Assembly: GCA_964016885.1 (NCBI GenBank)
Contig: OZ024746.1
Span: 16,988,001 to 17,052,000 of the forward strand
DNA: 64,000 nt
Source of the DNA: Eledone cirrhosa
Taxonomy: Eukaryota
Direction: 5' to 3'
The notes beneath the pieces are model-generated. The model was not told the DNA's origin. It saw nothing but the letters and a program-made list of their open reading frames with translations, and did no database searches. Shown in pieces: positions 1 through 13,547 of this stretch. Numbering within the stretch: position 1 is the first letter of the stretch; every line of letters starts with the position of its first letter. The translations under genes were made by a program, and so were the position numbers.

Positions 1-890
1 CCAACATCACCACCACCACCAACACCACCACCACAACCATCACCACCACCAACAACAACATCACCACCACCACCACCAACATCACCACCACCACCACCAC
101 CACCACCAACATCATCATCACCACCACCACCAAAATCATCACCACCACCACCAAAATCATCACCACCACCACCAAAATCACCACCACCACCACAACCAAC
201 ATCACCACCACCACCACAACCAACATCACCACCACCACCACAACCAACATCACCACCACAACCAACATCACCACCACCACCACAACCAACATCACCACCA
301 CCACCACAACCAACATCACCACCACAACCAACATCACCACCACCACCACAACCAACATCACCACCACAACCAACATCATCACCACCACCACAACCAACAT
401 CACCACCACCACCACAACCAACATCACCACCACCACCACAACCAACATCACCACCACCACCACAACCAACATCACCACCACCACCACAACCAACATCACC
501 ACCACAACCAACATCACCACCACCACCACAACCAACATCACCACCACCACCACAACCAACATCACCACCACCACCACAACCAACATCACCACCACCACCA
601 CAACCAACATCACCACCACCACCACAACCAACATCACCACCACAACCAACATCATCACCACCACCACCACCAACAACATCACCACCACCAACATCATCAT
701 CACCACCCAAGCCAACATCATCACCACCACCACCACCACCACCACCACCACCACCACCACCACCACCACCACCAAGAACAACATCACCGCCACCACCATT
801 ACCACCACCACCACCACCAACATCATCACCACCACAACCAACACCACCACCACCACCAACATCATCAGCAATAACATCATCACCATAACC
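1..890. repeat. (ACC)n-based trinucleotide array with a 21-24 bp superunit (ACCAACATCACCACCACCACCACA)
   Basis: Directly visible. The superunit dominates about 180-650. The array runs off the left window edge. Confidence 0.97.
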
Positions 891-1021
891 ATTATCTACT
901 TTACAACCTGTCTCCTACGTCTGATAACTGTTCCAATCTGGATTGACCCCCTCTCTTTCTATATGTGTGTATATATATGTATATATATGTATATACTCAT
1001 TTATTATTTTCTCCTGTGTAG

Positions 1022-1221
1022 GTGATGGATTTTGGTAGTGGATTGGCAGTATCGGTAGAGGCGTCGGACGCCATGCTTTGACGCATAAAGTTACGGCCCT
1101 TGCCATCCTGAGTTCAAATCTCGCCGAGGTTAACCTTGCCTTTCATCCTTACGGGGCCGATAAAATAAAGTACCAGTAATGCACTGGGATAATTGCTGGC
1201 CTTGTGCCAAAAGTAGAAACA
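1022..1221 (+). mobile_element. tRNA-derived SINE (family A), full length with a 19-bp TSD
   Basis: A-box-like TGGCAGTATCGGTAG, B-box GAGTTCAAATC, central GCCTTTCATCCTTACGGGGCCGATAAAATAAAGTACCAG. Flanked by the direct repeat ATTATTTTCTCCTGTGTAG at 1003-1021 and 1222-1240. Many other copies occur in the window. Confidence 0.9.
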
Positions 1222-1529
1222 ATTATTTTCTCCTGTGTAGATCTGAGGGTTATGTTGTTTCACAATGTTTGTGTTATCTGACGTTTTTCTCTTCGCCCTC
1301 TCTCGTGCTGCTAATACAGATTCAGGGCTTACGTTTGGCCTCCTTTTTACCTTCTCCCTCTATCCCATTGGTTACTGCAACATGTACTATTGTCTCATGT
1401 TTCTCCCTCTCTATCGATATATTTTTCTTTTGTTTATTTTCTTTTTCTATCGCTCTCTTCGCTATCGTCTGTGTGTTTTTTTTTGTTTTTGTTTTCTTCC
1501 CTGATAACTACTCCTCTTAGTTATCAACG

Positions 1530-1574
1530 CACTGTGATGAGATGTACTGTCTTTAATGCGTCGAAACATCAGCG
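1530..1574 (+). ncRNA. Degenerate minimal hammerhead-ribozyme-like motif
   Basis: CACT-GTGATGA-GATGTA[loop]TGCGTC-GAAAC-ATC-AGCG. Stem II is 6 bp with G-U pairs. The core has G in place of the conserved C3. Confidence 0.35.
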
Positions 1575-1641
1575 ACCCTAAGCAGACAGCCAAAGAGCGG
1601 GAATTGTCCCAATGTTTGTGTTTCTCTTATGTTTTCTAAAT

Positions 1642-1706
<65 letters not shown>

Positions 1707-1920
1707 CAATATTCGTGAAGATAGGTCACAATTTCGATCCCTCTTGTATTCTGGAAGTGTGGTCAGAATTAGGCTTTGAAACCTTGGGTGGTGATTTTGT
1801 AATATATATGAACATAAATAGATTATATACATATATATATAATGTCCAACTCTTGCCAGTATAGAATAACAGACTTTAAATGATGATGAGGATGATGTAC
1901 ACACACATACACATGTATTT

Positions 1921-1962
<42 letters not shown>

Positions 1963-2044
1963 CATCATCATCATTTAAAGTCTGTTGTTCTATACTGGCA
2001 AGAGTTGGACATTATATATATATATATATATATGTATTTGTGTA

Positions 2045-2078
<34 letters not shown>

Positions 2079-2099
2079 CATACACACACATACAACATA

Positions 2100-3220
2100 C
2101 ACATGTGTGTATCCCAGGTTCAATCGGGGGTAACCACAGTGAGTTAGGTACTCAATACATAATACATAATACAGTATCATCATCATCACCATCTTCGTTT
2201 AACGTCCATTTTCCACGCTAGCATGAGTTAGACGGGAGTTGTCCCACTTGAGGCAAGGCTGGTCGGGTGACCGTGTCTCACTCATATAGGACTATCTGGC
2301 AGGTTTTCTTCGGCTGGATACCCTCCCTAACACCAACCACATTGACAGTGTGGAACTGGGAACTTTTTACCGAGTTACCTACACGGCCACATTACAGCAT
2401 GGACTGTGTGTGTTTTTTGTCGTGACACCTACATCTTGATCTCATTATCTCGTGCTGTTGGTGGGAGTGGGAGGATAGGGTAGGGGTAGTGGATTGGGGT
2501 GTATATTTGGTTAAGAGGTGCCTACTGACTGTAGGTTTCGCTTTGTACATAGGCAAGGTGGGTCTTCTGTATTACTGCGTAGCGCCAAAGATCTCAGTCC
2601 AGAGACATTGTCTTAGAGAGATGTAAATGTGTAAGGTCGGAATTTATCAAATCATCCCAGGTTTTTCTGGGTCTACCTACTCCGTAACTTCCATCAATTT
2701 TGATCGCCCTGCACTTTTTTATGCAGCTGTCATCTTTCATGCGCATCACGTTACCATACCAACGTAGTCTTCTCTCAAATAAACAGCATCTGATCCCTCT
2801 TATACCTAATTTCTCACTTAGTTCATTTATGCTTTGCCGTTCACGTATATTACTATTACACATCCAATGGAGCATGCATGCTTCGTTCCTTTCCAGTCTA
2901 CGCAGGTCCTCTGCACGTAATGCCCATGTCTCACTGCCATGTAGCATTGCTGTTCGTATACAGGCATCATACAATCTGCCTTTCATTTTTAGAGAGAAAC
3001 CTTTTGTGGCCAACAGCGGTATAAGCTCTCTGAACTTTTTCCATCCCGTTCTGACTCTGGCTACTGTACTTTCAGAACACCCTCCACCACTGCTGATTTC
3101 ATCACAGTATATAATGTTTAATATAGAAATAACTGTTTCATTTGAAGGAAATCATCAGGAAAGGTGATGATTTCTTTTGAATGAAATAGTTCTAGTCCTG
3201 TAGAAGCCATCTCTATATTA
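2100..3220 (-). mobile_element. Short PLE-like fold-back element with a hammerhead-like motif (2100-2177 plus 3104-3220), split by an RTE insertion
   Basis: Joined, the two halves match the reverse complement of the intact copy at 47945-48122. The minus strand at about 3135-3160 reads CCTGATGATTTCCTTCAAATGAAAC. Confidence 0.7.
2178..3103 (-). mobile_element. 5'-truncated RTE-clade LINE (RT C-terminus, 3' UTR, (ATG)n tail) with a 7-bp TSD
   Basis: ORF 2594-3013 KGRLYDACIRTAMLHGSETW...RRLRWYGNVMR...GRPRKTW is typical of the RTE C-terminus. TSD ACAGTAT at 2171-2177 and 3104-3110. Confidence 0.93.
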
Positions 3221-3819
3221 AACAACACACACACACATACACACGTATGTCTACTGTACAAGCAAATGAAAAAAGTAGTCAATGCAAAGTGGAAGTTGAG
3301 AATATTTCTATTAACAATTTTACTTACCCATGCATTACCAGTGGTTTTACAGACATAAATGCATCTAACGCTTCAAATGCATCCTGTATGCATACACATG
3401 GCTTTGAATACACAAATGTATGCATACACTTGCACGCATACATATGCACAAGTGTGTACAAATGCAATAACACACTTGCACATCTACAAATGTGTACACA
3501 CATGTGTATAAACACAATACACTGCACTATACATAGTGCACAAATATGTATGCACTCGCATATACACACACACACACGCATACACAGAAAATGAGCTCTG
3601 TTTTCATCTCTTTATCCTGCTATCCTCCTCTTCATACCCCCTCCTCCATCCCATAGTCAATAGGTTACCTCCAGAAATGTCTAATTTGATTGGTCAATAA
3701 ACTTTAGAAATGTCAACCCACACAGAATGTAAATAGTCAGAAATATTGGGAAGTTACACTTAAATTGACAACTCTCTCTCTCTCTCTCCAAAGCTCTATG
3801 ATACTGTTCCTTAAAAGCA

Positions 3820-4095
3820 TTAACCATAATGAGTTCCATCATTATCACCACCACTACCAACATCACCATAACCATAGCCACCACCATCATCATCATCATC
3901 ATCAACAATGACATTGGTGGTACTAATGGTATCACCAATGCCATTGTTGCCATTATAATCATCACCACCATTGCCCTCATCATCATCATCATCATCACCA
4001 TTAGTACCACCAACACTATTGTTGCTGTCATCATCATCATTGTCACCACCCCCACCCCACAATTGGTGCCCCAACCGACATTATCATCACAATCA
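3820..4095. repeat. Degenerate (ATC/ACC)n low-complexity tract
   Basis: Visible trinucleotide repeats that generate spurious poly-I/M/D ORFs. Confidence 0.85.
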
Positions 4096-5309
4096 CATGC
4101 TAGAAGGGAAGAGGAAAGCACAACATATTTACAAGAATTAGAGAGGATGGTGGGGACATAGAGCCAGTGGTGAGTGATGGGAAGAGAAACTGAATGAGAT
4201 GGATTGATCATGTGTTAAGGTAGGATGAAAATGATGAGTGATGGGAAGGAGGAAGAGGAAGACAGTGTTAAAAATTATGGAGGAGGAAATAAAAGCCAAT
4301 GGGATTGTATGGGATGTAGGGGATAGGGCAAAATGGAGAGGTCTGTCATGATGCCTGCAAGGCTAACCCCTACTTTAGCAGGGAAAATGGCCTTAAAATG
4401 CTTGTTGTTGAAATGATATCGAAGGGACATCAAATTTTTTTTTTTTGGGGGGGGGGGGGGTAGTCAAGATGACAACACATCTTGGTTTGAGAAAATACTA
4501 GAAGTATTTTAGAGTCCTACCTTCTTTTAGTTCTTATTTGGGGTTATAAGGGCACCATTATAACCTGTTTCTTTAAACCTAGGGAAACGCATCCTTCCTC
4601 AGCTCTGAATACAGCTGGTTTCACCTAGAGAAAAAAAGAAAAAAGAATGAGAAAGTGAAAAAAGAGACCTGAAGAAATGACCCCTCCACTCCCTCGTACT
4701 AGACCAGTGTTTTATTGTCTGGGGACATTGACATAAGGTGGGATTTAAAATTAGAACACACAGAGGTAAAACAGTTACCACAAGATGTCTAACACTCTAA
4801 CAATTCTGCCAATCCACCATCCTAGACTGGTACTTTAGTTATCAACCTCTAGAGAACCTCTGCTCTAAAGAATGGCAGGCAAAGCTGACCTCAGTAAGAT
4901 TTGAATAGAAACTGCAGAAACCAAGACAACACAACACATTTCAGTGGTAAGACATAGTTGAGACAGATGGACATGAGACTGGGTGTAGGGATTATCAGAG
5001 ATTTAGTCAAGTTCAGCAGGGGTGTCACACCAATATTTCTAATAGGGTTATTTCCTTTCTAGCTTCTGCTATCTATACATGTTAGTAATGTGATTGACAT
5101 ACTATTTGTTGGGTAGCTCTGCTTACTTCCTGTTCAATATATATAGTGATTGAGTGTTTGTCCAGGAAATAGCATGTGACTCCAGTAAATACCTCCATTT
5201 CAAAATGGTGATGATGATGATGTCTATAATAAAGAAAGACTTTAAAATATTTGAGGATGTATAAGGAGTGGACTACTTAACTCAGCTCAAGTATGTTACT
5301 AAATAACTA

Positions 5310-5500
5310 ATAATTGTTTCTACTTTAGGCACAAGGCCAGCAAATTACCCAGTACATTACTGGTACTTTATTTTATCGACCCCGTAAGGATGAAAGGCAA
5401 AGTTAACCTCGGCGGGATTTGAACTCAGACTGTAAAGGGACGTAACTATGCTAGAAAGCATGGCGTCCAACCCTCTACCGATACTGCCAATTCACCGCCA
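5310..5500 (-). mobile_element. SINE family A copy
   Basis: Reverse complement closely matches 1022-1221 (ACTGGTACTTTATTTTATCGACCCCGTAAGGATGAAAGGC...GATTTGAACTC). Confidence 0.88.
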
Positions 5501-6040
5501 ATGTCCCATATTATACAAATTTGAGTGATTTAGTTCAACTTCCTTTTCTGCCCCTCCTCTCTCTCTGTTTGGCCCCACTCCTACCCCTGCACTCAATTTG
5601 TCCATATATATCTATCCCCAACCCAATTCTTTTTGTCTCTTTACATATCATTACTATCCACATATCTATCCATCTAACTATCATCTACCCAACCACCGTA
5701 CTCTCTCCTCTATCTATCTGTCAATTCTCCCCCTCTCTCTCCACCATTTCCTTCTGTCTGTCATCTTTTCTCTCTTCCTTTCTTTTATTCTCTTTATCTT
5801 TCTTTTTTTTTTCTATCTTTATTAAAATTTACGAAACAGACAATTATGGTAGAGCACTAATAACTGTTTAATTGGTATTTAGTGGTGGTGGTTTCGTTGT
5901 TGTTGGTGGTGGTGGCCATCCATGGTTGCCATCCTGTTTTACAACCCATTACCAAGATATTCGTTAGCTGAGGAAGCTACAAGTTAAATATTCTTTACTA
6001 ACCAGGCATTTGACCTTGTGAAGATGTTACTAGAGCTTAA

Positions 6041-6258
6041 CCATTTAGCATTTACATTATTCTATATTTACTGTTGTATTTTCACAGTAAAGGCTTTATC
6101 TTACATAATTATCTCACATAATATCGAATCTACAAGATTTTGATATTTATTTTGAGAACAATACCTTAACATCGGTATTAGCAGCCAGTTATGGCTGGTT
6201 TGAACAGATAGAGGTTAGAGAATTCAAGCCAAATATGGTTGGTTTAAATGCTAAAGGG
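6041..6258. mobile_element. piggyBac-type MITE
   Basis: TTAA|CCATTTAGCATTTA ... TAAATGCTAAAGGG|TTAA: 14-bp TIRs with one mismatch, and TTAA on both flanks. Confidence 0.8.
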
Positions 6259-7679
6259 TTAAATACTTTTTATTTCTTTTTAGTAAAAACAGAAAGGCAG
6301 TTCTCGTTACTTTTTTCAAGGCCTCTAAGACTGGTAAGAAGGGAGGATAATGTTTAAACTGGAGGGAGACCTAGCCTAAATGCTTGCAATAGAGAGGATA
6401 GTGATAAAAGTGGAACAGGGACCAGTGAAGGATGTTAAACAGGGTAACATCTATCACCTAAGTAGACCATGGTGAGATTTGAACCCACAATGCAAAGAGC
6501 CAGGCAAAATGCCACAAGATGTGTTACTCTACTGCCCTAGATTGGTTCTTTATTTATCAATACTGGAAAGATGAAAGGCAAAATTGACTGTTGCTTGATT
6601 TGAACTCAGAGATCAACTCACCAACAAGGCATCTCTCATTCTGTGAATATGTGTGTTTACTATCTAGTAACAGTTAGTTCATCTTTTTAATGTAAATTAC
6701 TAACGAGATATGAGGTATTTTTAAGTGCTAGTATTTTGGTATAATCATGTTGTGGTCATATTCCTCATGAAATTCAATGCATTTGAATTGATTAATGAAG
6801 AATTTTGACAGATTTTCTGAAATGATTAATGAATTACTCCTGAAAAGAAAAAAAAAGAACTGTTCTTTATTGTTTAGCTTCAAGTCAGTGCTTACTCAGT
6901 AAATATATTACCAAAGGCATATTACCATCCATGCTTTTATTCGGATATATGTGTATCTAGAATTACATTATCTGATATACCCTTCTTTTTTTTATTTTTT
7001 ATTAAAAAGACCCAGTGTGTTTGCTAATAGGCAGCAAATTCGTGGATTCATTAAAGTATAGGGCTAAATAATTTTGAGTATTTGTTCCAACATTCTGTAC
7101 AGTAAGTTCAAATCTTGCCAATCAATGAGGGCCAAACTGCAAACTGTTGATAATCTGACATGACATCCTTTTGATTAAGTCAACTGTGTTATTATATCAG
7201 TAATAATCAATCTCATTGCATCACCATCCTCCATCATTTATAATAACAAAATAGATCTTGTATTGAGATAAAACAGATATCATTATGGACACACTTGTTA
7301 TTTTGTAACTGTGTCATTTCCTGCCATGCTACTATGATGTCATTAAGTCAAGTTTCCAAGTAATTCTGTCCATATTCAGTGCTCTCTGCTTGTCTGACCA
7401 GATTTCTCAAGATTTATCTGGTGTATTTAGGATTATAGATAATTAGTAAACAATTATAACATTTTAGACTCTTTTTTTTTTTATACCAAACTGCTTGAAA
7501 ACGTCCTTGGTTCTTTGATACAGAAATGTTTTAAAGTATTTATATTTATCTAAAAAGAAAAAAAAACCTTCAATCATAATTTTATTTGAGAATCTTTGTT
7601 ATGCTCCAAACATCAGATGAATGAGATAGTTATACTATTAAATAAATACCTTCAAATTATTGACTATTTTCAAAATTAA

Positions 7680-7885
7680 AATAATAAGCTCCAAGTAGAT
7701 GGATGGTATCTGCAAAACAGGAAAACTAATTAAAACCTGTGCAAAAGTGGTGACAGCTGATCTCAGATTACTGGACTTCACAAAAGAGATGACAATGGAA
7801 TATTACGATTGGAGAAAAGTTATGCTAGAGAAGATATGTCCAACCCATACAAACATGGAAAGGCAGATGTAAAAATGATATGATC
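7680..7885 (+). mobile_element. Old RTE LINE 3' end
   Basis: Ends in CCAACCCATACAAACATGGAAAGGCAGATGTAAAAATGATATGAT, similar to the tails of the other RTE copies. Confidence 0.6.
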
Positions 7886-8413
7886 TGCAGTTGACCCAGT
7901 CAGTGATGTCCCTTATTCTTAAGAACAAGGAGTTTTGGATCTAGCAAAAGGTTTGACTACCAGGCAGTGGTCAGCAATTAATGAATAAACTATGGCCTAT
8001 TCACAGAATGGAGAAATTGTTGATACTCAGGATAGAAGACCAGATACAAAAACATGAACCCATAAACTAACAATTGAGGCTAAGACTAGAAATATTTGAA
8101 GGAATAACTTAGCAAGTATAATTTCCAAGTAAACAATGGAGGGCTCATTGTGCAAATTAAAGAAGAAAGTAAAAGATATTGGTAATTGTATATGATAATG
8201 TATAAAAAAAGATTAAATAAGATGCTTTATGTAGTAGTGTGTATAATAGAGGTCTTCATGAAAACATATATATGTTTGTCTATAACATATATGTCTTACT
8301 ATGTGGGTTTTAAGCTGTTATTATATATATCAGGTATGATTATATACACACACATACACACTCACAAAATATTTAATATATTTCTATTTATTTGTCTGTT
8401 TTATTCTCAACAG

Positions 8414-8531
8414 GTTATCTCACCTCCAACCAATCTTTTGCCTTGCAACAAAGGCCGAAGACTTGATTTTGTTTCATGGATCCTCCTAGGTGGAGTGTTG
8501 GCAAAATCTAGGTATGCCCATGGATCGTCAG
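8414..8531 (+). other. Candidate internal spliced exon (118 bp) of an unidentified host transcript
   Basis: Pyrimidine-rich acceptor TTTGTCTGTTTTATTCTCAACAG|G and donor CAG|GTAAGC. One frame is open (VISPPTNLLPCNKGRRLDFVSWILLGGVLAKSRYAHGSS). The peptide is not recognised. Confidence 0.45.
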
Positions 8532-8729
8532 GTAAGCACATAGTTCTTTCAGTTTTAATTTCAATTTAATTATAAAGTATAAGACAATGAATTGGCAGAG
8601 CCTTGCAGTATTAATTCTGGCTCCCTGTATGCTGAGGTCAAATTCTGCCATGATCAACTTTGTGTTTCATACATTTGGGGCCAATAATTAATAATAAGGT
8701 ATTAGTCAAGTACTGGGAGTGATTCTACT

Positions 8730-8745
8730 TCTCTCTCTCTCTCTT

Positions 8746-8830
<85 letters not shown>
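8730..8830. repeat. (CT)n microsatellite
   Basis: Directly visible. Confidence 0.98.
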
Positions 8831-8834
<4 letters not shown>

Positions 8835-8934
8835 TATATATATATAAATAACATTATTGTCCCTGATTGAGACAAAGCGAAAATGTATTTGAATTCATAT
8901 AAAAATGAATGTGTGAGTTCTGGGTTCAATCGGG

Positions 8935-11900
8935 GCTGTCATACATCCTCTCTACATATACTCTCTCTGTCACACATATCCTCTCTATATATACTCTCTC
9001 TGTCACACATATCCTCTCTATATATACTCTCTCTGTCACACATATCCTCTCTATATATACTCTCTCTGTCACACATATCCTCTCTATATATACTCTCTCT
9101 GTCACACATATCCTCTCTATATATACTCTCTCTGTCACACATATCCTCTCTATATATACTCTCTCTGTCACACATATCCTCTCTATATATACTCTCTCTG
9201 TCACACATATCCTCTCTATATATACTCTCTCTGTCACACATATCCTCTCTATATATACTCTCTCTGTCACACATATCCTCTCTATATATACTCTCTCTGT
9301 CATACATCCTCTCTATATATACTCTCTCTGTCACACGTATCCTCTCTATATATACTCTCTCTGTCACACACATCCTCTTTATATATACTCTCTCTGTCAC
9401 ACGTATCCTCTCTATATATACTCTCTCTGTCACACATATCCTCTCTATATATACTCTCTGTCACACATATCCTCTCTATATATAACCACTCTGTCACACA
9501 TATCCTCTCTATATATACTCTCTCTGTCACACGTATCCTCTCTATATATACTCTCTGTCACACGTATCCTCTCTATATATACTCTCTCTGTCACACACAT
9601 CCTCTCTATATATACTCTCTCTGTCACACGTATCCTCTCTATATATACTCTCTCTGTCATACATCCTCTCTATATATACTCTCTCTGTCACACGTATCCT
9701 CTCTATATATACTCTCTCTGTCACACGTATCCTCTCTATATATACTCTCTGTCACACGTATCCTCTCTATATATACTCTCTCTCTCTCTCACATCCTCTC
9801 TCATATCCTCTCTATACTCTCTCTCTCACATCCTCTCTATACTCTCTCTCTCTCTCATATCCTCTCTATACTCTCTCTCTCTCATATCCTCTCTATACTC
9901 TCTCTCTCTCATATCCTCTCTATACTCTCTCTCTCACATCCTCTCTATACTCTCTCTCTCTCTCACATCCTTTCTATACTCTCTCTCTCACATCCCCTCT
10001 ATACTCTCACATCCTCTCTCATATCCTCTCTATACTCTCTCTCACACATCCTTTCTATACTCTCTCTCACACATCCCCTCTATACTCTCTCTCTCTCTCA
10101 CATCCTCTCTATACTCTCTCTCTATCACATCCTCTCTATACTCTCTCTCACATCCTCTCTATACTCTCTCTCACATCCTCTCTATACTCTCTCTCTCTCA
10201 CATCCCCTCTATACTCTCTCTCTCACATCTTCTCTGTACTCTCTCTCTCTCTCTCACATCCCTCTATACTCTCTCTCTCTCTCTCACATCCCTCTATACT
10301 CTCTCTCTCTCTCTCACATCTTCTCTGTACTCTCTCTCTCTCTCTCACATCCCTCTATACTCTCTCTCTCTCACATCCCTCTATACTCTCTCTCTCTCTC
10401 TCTCACATCCCTCTATACTCTCTCTCTCTCTCTCACATCTTCTCTGTACTCTCTCTCTCTCTCTCACATCCCTCTATACTCTCTCTCTCTCACATCCCTC
10501 TATACTCTCTCTCTCTCTCTCTCACATCCCCTCTATACTCTCTCTCTCTCACATCCTCTCTATACTCTCTCTCTCTCACATCCCCTCTATACTCTCTCTC
10601 TCTCTCTCACATCCTCTCTATACTCTCTATACTCCTTCTCTCTATACTCTCTCTCTCTCACATCCCCTCTATACTCTCTCTCTCACATCTTCTCTGTACT
10701 CCCTCTCTCACATCCCCTCTATACTCTCTCTCTCTCACATCTTCTCTGTACTCTCTCTCTCTCACATCCTCTCTATACTCTCTCTCTCTCACATCCTCTC
10801 TATACTCTCTCTCTCTCACATCCTCTCTATACTCTCTCTCTCTCACATCCCCTCTATACTCCTTCTCTCTCACATCCTCTCTATACTCTCTCTCTCACAT
10901 CCTCTCTATACTCCTTCTCTCTCACATCCTCTCTATACTCTCTCTCTCACATCCCCTCTATACTCTCTCTCTCTCATATCCTCTCTATACTCTCTCTCTC
11001 TCACATCCCCTCTATACTCTCTCTCTCACATCTTCTCTGTACTCTCTCTCTCTCATATCCTCTCTATACTCTCTCTCTCTCACATCCCCTCTATACTCTC
11101 TCTCTCACATCTTCTCTGTACTCTCTCTCTCTCACATCCTCTCTATACTCTCTCTCTCTCACATCCTCTCTATACTCTCTCTCTCTCACATCCCCTCTAT
11201 ACTCCTTCTCTCTCACATCCTCTCTATACTCTCTCTCTCACATCCTCTCTATACTCCTTCTCTCTCACATCCTCTCTATACTCTCTCTCTCACATCCCCT
11301 CTATACTCTCTCTCTCTCATATCCTCTCTATACTCTCTCTCTCTCACATCCCTCTCTATACTCTCTCTCTCACATCTTCTCTGTACTCTCTCTCTCTCAT
11401 ATCCTCTCTATACTCTCTCTCTCTCACATCCCCTCTATACTCTCTCTCTCACATCTCTCTATACTCTCTCTCTCTCACATCCTCTCTATACTCTCTCTCT
11501 CTCACATCCTCTCTATACTCTCTCTCTCTCACATCCTCTCTATACTCTCTCTCTCACATCCCTCTATACTCTCTCTCTCACATCCTCTCTATACTCTCTC
11601 TCTCACATCCTCTCTATACTCCTTCTCTCTCACATCCTCTCTATACTCTCTCTCTCACATCCTCTCTATACTCTCTCTCTCACATCCCCTCTATACTCTC
11701 TCTCTCACATCCCCTCTATACTCTCTCTCTCTCACATCCTCTCTATACTCTCTCTCTCTCACATCCTCTCTATACTCTCTCTCTCACATCCTCTCTATAC
11801 TCTCTCTCTCACATCCCCTCTATACTCTCTCTCTCTCACATCCTCTCTATACTCTCTCTCTCACATCCCTCTATACTCTCTCTCTCTCACATCCCCTCTA

Positions 11901-12261
11901 TACTCTCTCTCTCACATCCCTCTATACTCTCTCTCTCACATCCCTCTATACTCTCTCTCTCTCACATCCTCTCTATACTCTCTCTCTCACATCCCTCTAT
12001 ACTCTCTCTCTCTCACATCCCCTCTATACTCTCTCTCTCACATCCTCTCTATACTCTCTCTCTCACATCCCCTCTATACTCTCTCTCTCTCACATCCCTC
12101 TATACTCTCTCTCTCTCACATCCTCTCTATACTCTCTCTCTCACATCCCTCTATACTCTCTCTCTCTCACATCCCCTCTATACTCTCTCTCTCTCACATC
12201 CTCTCTATACTCTCTCTCTCACATCCTCTCTATACTCTCTCTCTCACATCCCCTCTATACT
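8935..12261. repeat. Minisatellite: 33-bp unit TCACACATATCCTCTCTATATATACTCTCTCTG (to about 9780), grading into about 25-30 bp CACATCCTCTCTATAC(TC)n units
   Basis: Directly visible. The 11-aa periodicity in the ORF track confirms 33 bp. The array ends at the N gap. Confidence 0.97.
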
Positions 12262-12461
12262 NNNNNNNNNNNNNNNNNNNNNNNNNNNNNNNNNNNNNNN
12301 NNNNNNNNNNNNNNNNNNNNNNNNNNNNNNNNNNNNNNNNNNNNNNNNNNNNNNNNNNNNNNNNNNNNNNNNNNNNNNNNNNNNNNNNNNNNNNNNNNNN
12401 NNNNNNNNNNNNNNNNNNNNNNNNNNNNNNNNNNNNNNNNNNNNNNNNNNNNNNNNNNNNN
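12262..12461. other. Assembly gap (200 N)
   Basis: Run of N; the round length suggests a placeholder. Confidence 0.99.
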
Positions 12462-12844
12462 CCATCTTTATACATACTCTCTTTCACAATCATCTTTATA
12501 TATACTCCTCACTCTCTCACACATCATCTCTCTGTTTTTTTAATCAAATATACACCTACATACTTTGAAACTATATTGTATCTTTATTTACTCCATCCTT
12601 CTTCTATCACTGATACAGTATCATATCTTCTTCTAGATCTCTCTCCCATCAATAAATACTGCATCATATCAACTTCTAGACATTTTAGGATATTTTTTAT
12701 CTCTCTCTTCTCAGCTACATAATAAATTCATTGTTGCCATCAACAAAGGCTTCCTTACACAGAATTGTCTTCCATTTTTGTTCAAATTCCCCAGTGTTTT
12801 CTCAGTTTATTATGCAAATAATTCACCATATATTCAATGAAATC

Positions 12845-12975
12845 AATGTGGCCTAGTGGTTAGGTTGTTGAGCTCATATTCATAAAGTTGTAAGTTCCGC
12901 TTTTAGATCAGGTAGTGCATTGTGTTTTTTAGCAAGTCACTTCATTCCACATTGTTCCAGTTTACTCAGCTGATT
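12845..12975 (+). mobile_element. Degenerate tRNA/CORE-type SINE 5' part
   Basis: GTGGCCTAGTGGTTAGG...AGCAAGTCACTTCATTCCACATTGTTCCAGTTTACTCAGCTG, similar to the 18758 copy. Confidence 0.65.
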
Positions 12976-13547
12976 AGCAGTAGCAGAAGCAGCAGGGAGT
13001 TAACCTTGTTATAGATAGGAAACTTGAAAAGCTGTGGCCTGATGAGCTCCTTGGCTCAAGATAGAGTGTAATAGTTTAATGATGAGTGTTATAGAAACAT
13101 AGTCTGTGTCAACTGTTCAATTCTTGGTTGAGCTAGCTTCAGTTCTAAGATCCCAGGTTCAGGTTCATTATGTGGTGTTTTGGGGAAGTGTTATTTACAA
13201 CATAAACCTTATGAGTAGAAAGAAACTGTATGGAAGTCTGTTGGCTGGGATGTACCTAAAGTTCAAATGTTCAGTCTTATTACTGTGTCATATTGAATTT
13301 CCTTGAGAAATACATTAAGGGTACACATATGAAATGTTCAGTCACTTGCACATTAATATAACAAGGAAACGTTTCTGTTGATCAAGCAACTAAAACCCTC
13401 ATCATTGAAACTGATGGAGATCCATTCCAAAGTTATATGTTATTGTTATTTAGCTCCAGATCATCTCTGAATGAGCACATTCCAGTTGTAGCCATCTCCT
13501 CTTCTCCCCAGATGCAATGAACTCAGGACCACATTAACAAATGTATT

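Noticed and set aside
3681-4211. Hydrophobic or acidic low-complexity ORFs
   Set aside because: Translations of (ATC/ACC)n repeats.
4521-4624. Minus-strand exon candidate with a good acceptor (TTTTTTTCTCTAG) and donor AAG|GTAGGA
   Set aside because: All three frames contain stops and there is no other support; a non-coding exon cannot be excluded.
8909-12568. 1219-aa ORF
   Set aside because: Read-through of a CT-rich minisatellite spanning an N gap; no domain content.
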